Of a DNA stretch of 26,123 bases, positions 17,645 to 25,269 are shown piece by piece. Source of the stretch: an uncultured Bacteroidaceae bacterium (GTDB lineage Bacteria; Bacteroidota; Bacteroidia; Bacteroidales; DTU049); contig CAZJYL010000001.1 in the NCBI GenBank assembly GCA_964550265.1, positions 1 to 26,123 on the forward strand, written 5' to 3'. Position 1 is the stretch's first letter, and each line of letters opens with the position of its first letter. A program made the position numbers and the translations under genes. Below the pieces are notes generated by a model, which was given only the letters and a program-made list of their open reading frames with translations, was not told the origin of the DNA and searched no databases.

Positions 17645-17773
17645 TGTATTTTATATTTTCATTTAATTATTTGTTTGAAATGTCTTTTTGACATTCTTTT
17701 TTTATTAAAAAGGTGTAATAAACATAAATTTTTGATATAAATATTTTAATAAAAATTGCTATGGTAAAATAAC

Positions 17774-17781
17774 TATCTTTG
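17774..17781 (+). promoter_or_regulatory. -7 promoter element for the dipeptidase
   Basis: TATCTTTG, 16 nt upstream of the ATG. Confidence 0.65.
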
Positions 17782-17797
17782 TTTAAAATAAAAAGAC

Positions 17798-19162
17798 ATG
17801 AGTGATATTCGAAATTACATTAACAATAACAAAGAACGATTTTTTGATGAATTGTTTGATCTTTTAAGAATTCCGTCTGTTTCTAGCGAATCATCACACA
17901 AGGATGATATGATAAAAGCTGCAGAATACTGGAAAAAATCGTTGCTTGATGCGGGAGCAGATTTTGCCGAAGTGTGTCCCACAAGCGGAAATCCGGTAGT
18001 TTATGGTGAAAAAATTATCGATTCATCCTATCCCACTGTTATTGTTTATGCCCATTATGATGTAATGCCGGTAGATCCTGTTTCGGAGTGGAAAACAAAC
18101 CCGTTTGAACCAACAATCATAGATGAAAAAATTTATGCTCGTGGTGCTGATGACGACAAGGGTCAGGGATTTATGCATGCAAAAGCTTTTGAGTATCTGG
18201 TGAAAAACAATTTACTAAAATGCAATGTTAAATTCATGATTGAGGGTGAGGAAGAAATAGGAAGCCCCTCTATGGCAGAATGGTGTATAAAGAATAAAAA
18301 TCGCTTAAAAGGCGATATTATTTTAGTTTCGGATACCGGTATGATTGCTGCAGATATTCCCAGTATTACTGTTGGCTTACGAGGATTAACTTATTTGCAG
18401 GTTGAACTAACTGGTCCTAATCGTGATTTGCATTCCGGACTTTTTGGTGGCGCTGTTGCAAATCCAATAAACGTTTTATCGAAACTAATTGCGTCTCTTA
18501 CAGATGAAAACGGGCATATAACTATTCAGGGTTTTTATGATGATGTTGAGGTGGTTTCCGAGTCTGAACGTAAAGCTTTAAACATGGCCCCTTTCAGTAT
18601 CGACACTTACAAATCAGCTATTGATGTTAATGAACTTTTTGGAGAAGAGGGATATACTACGTTGGAAAGAACCGGTATCAGGCCCACTCTTGATGTTTGC
18701 GGAATTTGGGGAGGATACATCGGAGAAGGCTCAAAAACAGCATTGCCTTCAAACGCTTATGCAAAGATAGCATCAAGATTAGTGCCCAATCAGGATAATG
18801 AAAAGATGGCAAAATTAATTAAAGCACATCTGGAAAAAATTGCACCGGCATATACTAAAATAAAAGTAGATATTCTGCATGGCGGTCAACCTTATGTTAT
18901 GCCAATAGAAGGAAAAGCATATAAGGCTGCAGAACAGGCACTAACCGAATTATTCGGGAAAAAACCGATTCCAACCCGCAGTGGTGGTAGTATTCCTATT
19001 ATTGCTACTTTCGAAGAAATTCTTGGAATTAAATCCTTGTTAATGGGATTTGGTTTGGAGTCTGACGCCATACACTCGCCAAATGAAAATTATAGAATAG
19101 AAAACTTCTTAAACGGCATTGAGGCAATAGTAAGGTTCTATTTAAATTTTCAAAAAGCCTAA
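17798..19162 (+). CDS. M20 family dipeptidase (DapE/ArgE-like)
   Basis: YAHYDVMP, ARGADDDKGQ, EGEEEIGS, VSDT, DLHSG, GGSIP, IHSPNE metal ligands. Confidence 0.93.
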   Translation: MSDIRNYINNNKERFFDELFDLLRIPSVSSESSHKDDMIKAAEYWKKSLLDAGADFAEVCPTSGNPVVYGEKIIDSSYPTVIVYAHYDVMPVDPVSEWKTNPFEPTIIDEKIYARGADDDKGQGFMHAKAFEYLVKNNLLKCNVKFMIEGEEEIGSPSMAEWCIKNKNRLKGDIILVSDTGMIAADIPSITVGLRGLTYLQVELTGPNRDLHSGLFGGAVANPINVLSKLIASLTDENGHITIQGFYDDVEVVSESERKALNMAPFSIDTYKSAIDVNELFGEEGYTTLERTGIRPTLDVCGIWGGYIGEGSKTALPSNAYAKIASRLVPNQDNEKMAKLIKAHLEKIAPAYTKIKVDILHGGQPYVMPIEGKAYKAAEQALTELFGKKPIPTRSGGSIPIIATFEEILGIKSLLMGFGLESDAIHSPNENYRIENFLNGIEAIVRFYLNFQKA

Positions 19163-19179
19163 AGCCAAATTTCATCAGA

Positions 19180-19187
19180 TAAGTTTG
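19180..19187 (+). promoter_or_regulatory. Possible -7 element for upp
   Basis: TAAGTTTG just after the dipeptidase stop, about 52 nt upstream of upp. Confidence 0.4.
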
Positions 19188-19239
19188 TATTTGTGTTTAA
19201 ATAAAAAGAAAGCTTTAAGACCCAATAATATAGACAACC

Positions 19240-19890
19240 ATGATACACCATTTAGGGAAAGAAAACTCTCTGGTAAACCAATTTATTAGCGAACTTCGCG
19301 ATGCGGAGATACAGCAAGACAGTTTTCGGTTTAGAAAAAATCTTGAGCGATTAGGGGAAATATTTGCTTATGAAATCAGCAAAAAAATCAATTATGTTTC
19401 TCAACAGGTAATAACTCAACTTGGCGAGTTGGAAATTCAGGTTATTGATAAATGGCCTGTATTGGCTACCATATTAAGAGCTGGTCTTCCTTTTCATCAG
19501 GGTTTTTTAAATTTTTTCGACAAGTCGGAAAGTGCTTTTATTTCAGCTTATAGAAAGCACCATAAGGATGGGCGGTTTACTATTCAGGTAGAATATGTAA
19601 GCTGTTCAAGTATTGAAGGCAAAACATTGATTGTTGCTGATCCCATGCTTGCTACGGGGTCGTCTTTGGTGTTGTCGGTTAAAGAGTTATTTCAATTCGG
19701 AACACCTCAGGATATTCACATTGCAACTGTTATAGCCAGTACTCAGGGTATTGATTATGTTAGGCAGCATTTGCCACATCGTAAACTTCACATTTGGACA
19801 GCAGCTATAGACGAGGAATTAACAGCTCAGGCATATATTGTTCCGGGGCTGGGCGATGCAGGCGACTTGGCTTTTGGAAGCAAAGAGTAG
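19240..19890 (+). CDS. upp: Uracil phosphoribosyltransferase
   Basis: FRKNLERLG, ILRAGLP, ADPMLATGSS (PRPP site), AYIVPGLGDAGDLAFG. Confidence 0.96.
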   Translation: MIHHLGKENSLVNQFISELRDAEIQQDSFRFRKNLERLGEIFAYEISKKINYVSQQVITQLGELEIQVIDKWPVLATILRAGLPFHQGFLNFFDKSESAFISAYRKHHKDGRFTIQVEYVSCSSIEGKTLIVADPMLATGSSLVLSVKELFQFGTPQDIHIATVIASTQGIDYVRQHLPHRKLHIWTAAIDEELTAQAYIVPGLGDAGDLAFGSKE

Positions 19891-19987
19891 GGTACATTTA
19901 ACTTTCACTTGTCATGTAAGACGGTAAATAAAATCTTTAATTGATTTATGATTACTTTACACAAATTTCATTAACGACATTTTATAA

Positions 19988-21232
19988 ATGAATTTAAGGG
20001 TTCTAAGTGAAAGCTTCCATATTGCAATTCGCTCTATTCGTAGTCATTTGCTCAGGACTGTATTGACTGTTTTTATAATTGCTTTTGGAATAATGGCGCT
20101 TATTAGTATCCTTACGGCAATTGAATCAATAAAATATTCCTTGAATGAGAATTTTACCCGAATGGGTAGTAATACTTTTACTGTTTCAGATATAAAGGTG
20201 CGCGGCAGGCATGGAGGTGCCTCCGATAACAGAACAGAATATAAAAATATTACATGGGAACAAGCGGCACTGTTTAAAAAACGATATGAATTTCCTGCGC
20301 ATGTGTCAATTTATATACATGCATCAGGTACGGCAACAATAAGACATAATCTTAAAAAAACCAACCCCAACGTAAGTGTTTTGGGTGTTGATGAAAATTA
20401 TATAATAACAAGTGGTCAGGATATTGATAAAGGACGTAATTTTTCAAGGCACGAAATAAATTATGGTCAAAATGTTGTTGTTATAGGTAATAAAATTGCA
20501 GAAACATTATTTTCTGGCAGCGAAAATATAATAGGGAAGCATATATCAATAGGCGCAACACGTTTTACTGTTATTGGTGTAATGAAACAAAAAGGAAGCA
20601 GTTTTGGTTTTTCGGGAGACAATTTATGTATGATTCCTATTACTACGGTAAGACGCTATTATGGAAGTTCAGAAGCCTCTTATAATATAAACATTATGCC
20701 CTCTGACACAAAGCTGATAGATGCGGCAATTGGTGAAGCAACGGGACTTTTCAGAACAATCCGCAAACTTAAAATCGGACAAGCAGATAATTTTGAAATA
20801 AGACAAAGCGATAGCATGGTTAAAATGCTACTTGAAAATATAAAATATGTTACTTTGGCTGCTACTATTATCGGTCTTATTACTTTGATTGGTGCTTCAA
20901 TTGGTTTGATGAATATTATGCTGGTAAGTGTATCGGAGCGTACCCGTGAAATAGGTGTACGAAAAGCTATGGGCGCAACAAATTTAGCCATTAGAAATCA
21001 GTTCCTGATTGAAAGTATTGTTATCGGACAAATAGGGGGCTTTTTGGGCATTTTTCTTGGAGTTTTGTTTGGAAATATAATAAGTGTTTTGTTTGAAAGT
21101 AGTTTTATTATTCCATGGATGTGGATTTTGCTTGGTTTTACTTTAACCTTTGTTGTTGGTATTGTTTCCGGCTTATTGCCTGCAAACAGAGCTGCAAAAC
21201 TTAATCCGATTGATTCTCTCAGATATGAATAG
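19988..21232 (+). CDS. ABC transporter permease, MacB-PCD/FtsX family
   Basis: RTVLTVFIIAFGIMALI TM1, large periplasmic domain, GLMNIMLVSVSERTREIGVRKAMGA, PANRAAKLNPIDSLRYE; no nucleotide-binding domain. Confidence 0.93.
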   Translation: MNLRVLSESFHIAIRSIRSHLLRTVLTVFIIAFGIMALISILTAIESIKYSLNENFTRMGSNTFTVSDIKVRGRHGGASDNRTEYKNITWEQAALFKKRYEFPAHVSIYIHASGTATIRHNLKKTNPNVSVLGVDENYIITSGQDIDKGRNFSRHEINYGQNVVVIGNKIAETLFSGSENIIGKHISIGATRFTVIGVMKQKGSSFGFSGDNLCMIPITTVRRYYGSSEASYNINIMPSDTKLIDAAIGEATGLFRTIRKLKIGQADNFEIRQSDSMVKMLLENIKYVTLAATIIGLITLIGASIGLMNIMLVSVSERTREIGVRKAMGATNLAIRNQFLIESIVIGQIGGFLGIFLGVLFGNIISVLFESSFIIPWMWILLGFTLTFVVGIVSGLLPANRAAKLNPIDSLRYE

Positions 21233-23651
21233 AAATAACATAAAAATATATAGTTGTTTTTTGCCTTTTGTGATTTTGCTTACAATTTGTGCTTGCAGCT
21301 CATTAAAGAAAAATCAGGGAAAAATATTACTCACAAAAACAAAACTGGAAATTAATAATAATGCCCTCGATTATTATGACATTAATGGACTGATAAAACA
21401 GCACGAAAACAGACGTTTTATAGGTATACGCTTACATACCGGAGTTTATAACTTGGGTAAATCCATGAAAGACAGAACAAAAATAAAGGAGAATAAAATT
21501 TTAAATAAAATTCAAAGAAAAAAAAGAAAACATCCAAACAAATATATAAATGAGCAAAAAGAACTCGAAAAAGTAAATAAAGGACTTAGAAACTGGTTGA
21601 TGAACACTGTAGGCGAAGAGCCTGTATTCCTTGATTCAGCCTCTACAAGGCAAAGTGTTTCCCAAATAGAATTATATTGCAACAAACACGGTTTTTTTAA
21701 TAATCAGGTTTATGATACAATCATTTTAAACAAAAGGAAAAACAAGGCAAGGGTAGAGTATAAAATTAATGCAGGAAATCCATACACAATAAACAAAATA
21801 GATTTTTATTCCAGTGATAATGAAATTAGCTCTTATTTTATTTCAGGTAAGGCAAATTCGCTTTTAAAAAAGGGCGATATATATAACGAAGATTTGCTGG
21901 AAAATGAGCGGATGCGCATTAATGAAGATTTGAAGAACTTGGGTTATTATGCTTTTAGTAAGTCATATATTCGTTACGAAATAGATTCGGCTTTGGGAAA
22001 TAACACTCTGAATATAAAAGTTATAATTAACCGACCATTTGTTTCTAAAGATGGTCAAACTGAATTTTATAACCATCAAAAATATAAAGTAAGACGGGTA
22101 TATGTGTTGCCGGAATATTCTATCGTTGGTGAAAAAAGCATAAAGTATGATACTTTAAAACATGTAAAGCAGTTTAAAAATAAAAGGGAATTTGACACTT
22201 TATATTTTTTGTATAATGAACCAATGCGGGTAAATCCACAGGTTATTGCAAGAAAAATATTTATTCGTCCGGATGTGTTTTTCAGTTTGGCTACTGCTAA
22301 TAAAACACAGGCTGAATTGAGTAGTTTAAATATATTTAAATATATAAACATACGTTTTGCTCCTGACACAATAGGTAATGATTTAAACAATGTGGTTCCT
22401 CTTGACGCATTTATTGAATTAAGCTTAACGCCTGTTCAGGCATTAAACTTTGAAATAGAAGGCACCAATTCTTCAGGTAATGTTGGTACCGCAGGTAATT
22501 TGGTTTATAAAAACAGGAATTTGTTTCACGGGGCAGAACAATTTAATTTTAAATTCAAAGGTGGACTTGAATTGCAGAAAACTATATTTGAAAAAGAAAA
22601 CGACGTTATAGGAGGTCTTCCTTTTAATTCTGCAGAGATAAGCTCTGAAATAGGGTTGACAACACCTGTTAATAGCAGATGGTTTACCCAGAGCAGTCAT
22701 CCGATGATGAAATATTCAACCGGTTTCAGTTATCAGCTTAGACCTGATTATCAGCGTTACATTAGTCATTTAAAAGCTTCGATTGAATGGCGGGAATCAG
22801 CAAAAAGTATTTATCAGATTTACCTGCCGATAAATTTAGTTCGGATACTTCCGGATTCAATGTTTGCTGAGCGGATTTCGCAATTTTCTCGAACAATACG
22901 CTATAGCTACGAAGACCACTTTATTCCGGGTAGTGGATTAACAATAACTTCCAGTACTCAGGCGTTGCGAAAAAACAAACCATATTCATACAGTAAAATA
23001 ACGCTTGAACAGGCCGGTCTTATGTTGTGGCTTGGTAATGGGTTTAACAGTGCTAAAAAAGGAGAAATATTTAGAGTTTTAGGAATAAATTATTCTCAAT
23101 ATGCAAAAGTAGATTTGGATTTTCGCCATTATATACCTTATCCAAATCAAACCGTATTGGCCGGAAGGGCGTTTTTGGGAATAGGGTTTCCTTATGGCAA
23201 CAGCATTTTACTGCCTTTTGAAAAAAGTTATTCGGCCTCAGGTTCCAACGATATTAGAGCATGGAAGTTTCGCTCTTTAGGACCTGGTTCGTTTTCAGAT
23301 TCTACTTTGTTTGATTGTACCGGTGATATTAGTTTGGTTCTCAATCTTGAATATAGATTTCCTATCATTAGTTGGTTTAACGGAGCTTTATTTGTTGACG
23401 CAGGAAATGTGTGGTTGAAAAATGCCAGCGATGAATTTCCAGGAGGCGAATTTAAAATACCGGATTTTTACAAGCAAATTGGTATTGGAACCGGTTTGGG
23501 ATTGCGCCTTGATTTTAGCTTTTTTGTTTTCCGTGTTGATGCTTCTTTTCCCTTGCGTAATCCTACGCTACCTGAAAACAACAGATGGGTTGGGTTTAAT
23601 AAGCCGCTTAAACGAACAAATCTTAACTTTGGTATAGGCTATCCGTTTTAA
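21225..23651 (+). CDS. tamL: Omp85 (BamA/TamA) family outer-membrane lipoprotein, TamL-like
   Basis: Lipobox ILLTICA-C24; POTRA-like periplasmic region; barrel with YKNRNLFHGAE, GSNDIRAW, LEYRFP, LFVDAGNVW, GLRLDFSFFVFRVD and C-terminal FGIGYPF. ATG 21225 overlaps the permease end by 8 nt. Confidence 0.8.
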   Translation: MNRNNIKIYSCFLPFVILLTICACSSLKKNQGKILLTKTKLEINNNALDYYDINGLIKQHENRRFIGIRLHTGVYNLGKSMKDRTKIKENKILNKIQRKKRKHPNKYINEQKELEKVNKGLRNWLMNTVGEEPVFLDSASTRQSVSQIELYCNKHGFFNNQVYDTIILNKRKNKARVEYKINAGNPYTINKIDFYSSDNEISSYFISGKANSLLKKGDIYNEDLLENERMRINEDLKNLGYYAFSKSYIRYEIDSALGNNTLNIKVIINRPFVSKDGQTEFYNHQKYKVRRVYVLPEYSIVGEKSIKYDTLKHVKQFKNKREFDTLYFLYNEPMRVNPQVIARKIFIRPDVFFSLATANKTQAELSSLNIFKYINIRFAPDTIGNDLNNVVPLDAFIELSLTPVQALNFEIEGTNSSGNVGTAGNLVYKNRNLFHGAEQFNFKFKGGLELQKTIFEKENDVIGGLPFNSAEISSEIGLTTPVNSRWFTQSSHPMMKYSTGFSYQLRPDYQRYISHLKASIEWRESAKSIYQIYLPINLVRILPDSMFAERISQFSRTIRYSYEDHFIPGSGLTITSSTQALRKNKPYSYSKITLEQAGLMLWLGNGFNSAKKGEIFRVLGINYSQYAKVDLDFRHYIPYPNQTVLAGRAFLGIGFPYGNSILLPFEKSYSASGSNDIRAWKFRSLGPGSFSDSTLFDCTGDISLVLNLEYRFPIISWFNGALFVDAGNVWLKNASDEFPGGEFKIPDFYKQIGIGTGLGLRLDFSFFVFRVDASFPLRNPTLPENNRWVGFNKPLKRTNLNFGIGYPF

Positions 23652-23782
23652 ATATCCTGAATTATTTTTGTTAATAAAAATATGATTGCTATAAGCAAGA
23701 AACATAATGGTTTACAAAAGGAAATGTTCTTTCATACAACGTTGCTTTAAATAATATAATTTTCACATGTTAAAAAATATAT

Positions 23783-23790
23783 CATCTTTG
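23783..23790 (+). promoter_or_regulatory. Variant -7 element for nhaD
   Basis: CATCTTTG (T-to-C at the first position), 31 nt upstream of the ATG. Confidence 0.35.
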
Positions 23791-23821
23791 TAGAAATTTT
23801 TAATCACAAAATCGCATTGCT

Positions 23822-25198
23822 ATGTTTATTTTAATGGTAGTAATATTTGTGATAGGCTATATGGCTATCGCTCTTGAACACCCTTTAAAAATTGATAAAA
23901 CGGCATCAGCGCTGTTGATTGGATCATTAACATGGGTAGTTTACATCTCGGGCGCCTTTGACATTTTCACTAGTGGGGTGAGTGTGGCTTGGAATGAGTA
24001 TTTTTCTGCAAACCCTGACGCCAACACACTGGACGGGATGCGGCATTTTATTGTGCAAAATCAAATTATCGAGCATCTTGGCGAAATTAGCGAAATACTC
24101 TTCTTTTTGCTTGGCGCAATGACAATAGTTGAAATAACTGACCAACACGAGGGATTTAGAGTTATTACTGACAATATAAAAACCACTAACAAAATTAAAT
24201 TGTTATGGCTAATTAGTATTATCACTTTCTTTCTTTCAGCCATGCTTGATAATTTAACCACAACGATTGTTATGGTAGCATTGCTGCGTAAACTTATTGA
24301 CGATCAAAAAACCAGATGGTTCTATGCTAGCATGGTTGTATTGGCTGCTAATGCCGGAGGAGCATGGTCACCAATAGGCGATGTTACAACTATAATGCTT
24401 TGGATAGGCGGGCAGGTATCAACTGTGAAAATAATTTTAGGAGTATTTTTACCCAGCGTTATTTGCATGGTGATTCCTTTATTACTGTTAAGTTTTCATA
24501 TGAAAGGACATGTTAATAGACCAAAAGATATTGAAGACAAAAAATCATCTACAACTAAATTTGAACGCAATTTGATGTTATTTCTCGGAGTTGGTGGATT
24601 ATTATTTGTTCCGGTTTTTAAAACTATTACGCATTTGCCTCCTTATATGGGTATGCTTTTCTCACTTGCCGTTATATGGATAATAACAGAAATATTACAC
24701 GCGAATAAACCGAAGGAACAAAAACTTTCAGTTTCGTCAATTTTAACAAAAATAGACGTTCCCACAGTTTTGTTTTTCTTAGGAATTCTATCTGCTGTGG
24801 CAGCACTGCAATCTGCGGGGCAGTTAAATGTATTGGCTCATGCCCTTGATAAAAGTTTAGGAAATGTTTATCTCATTGGTGGTTCAATTGGTGTATTATC
24901 TGCTGTTTTCGATAATGTTCCTCTTGTTGCAGGAGCAATGGGAATGTATCCTATCGCAGATCCCGGAGCCACGGGATATCTTGCTAACTTCGTTCAGGAT
25001 GGAGTTTTTTGGGAATACATTGCTTATACCGCAGGGACGGGAGGTAGTATGTTGATAATTGGCTCTGCAGCCGGTGTTGCTGCCATGGGTCTTGAAAAGA
25101 TTGATTTTATATGGTATTTAAAGAAAATTTCATGGCTGGCTTTAATAGGATATTTAGCCGGAATAGGAGTATATATACTCCAAAATAGTTTATTGTAA
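23822..25198 (+). CDS. nhaD: Na+/H+ antiporter NhaD family (IT superfamily)
   Basis: IALEHPLKIDKTASAL, EILFFLLGAMTIVE, FLSAMLDNLTTTI, ANAGGAWSPIGDVTT, LSAVFDNVPLVA, AGTGGSMLIIGSAAGV. Confidence 0.9.
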   Translation: MFILMVVIFVIGYMAIALEHPLKIDKTASALLIGSLTWVVYISGAFDIFTSGVSVAWNEYFSANPDANTLDGMRHFIVQNQIIEHLGEISEILFFLLGAMTIVEITDQHEGFRVITDNIKTTNKIKLLWLISIITFFLSAMLDNLTTTIVMVALLRKLIDDQKTRWFYASMVVLAANAGGAWSPIGDVTTIMLWIGGQVSTVKIILGVFLPSVICMVIPLLLLSFHMKGHVNRPKDIEDKKSSTTKFERNLMLFLGVGGLLFVPVFKTITHLPPYMGMLFSLAVIWIITEILHANKPKEQKLSVSSILTKIDVPTVLFFLGILSAVAALQSAGQLNVLAHALDKSLGNVYLIGGSIGVLSAVFDNVPLVAGAMGMYPIADPGATGYLANFVQDGVFWEYIAYTAGTGGSMLIIGSAAGVAAMGLEKIDFIWYLKKISWLALIGYLAGIGVYILQNSLL

Positions 25199-25207
25199 AA
25201 AATTTTT

Positions 25208-25238
25208 AACGGATTGAATTTTCAATCCGTTTTTTTTT
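25208..25238 (+). terminator. Intrinsic terminator after nhaD
   Basis: AACGGATTGA-attt-TCAATCCGTT followed by a T run (T9 at 25230-25238). Confidence 0.85.
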
Positions 25239-25269
25239 CACCTTTGCGCCAAATTTTAAATCTCCAATT

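Noticed and set aside
21150-21224. Longer 5' start for the Omp85 gene
   Set aside because: It would overlap the permease by 83 nt; ATG 21225 gives a clean lipoprotein signal peptide.
23652-23821. Possible Na+ or fluoride riboswitch upstream of nhaD
   Set aside because: The region is very AT-rich, with no GC-rich stems or recognisable aptamer consensus.
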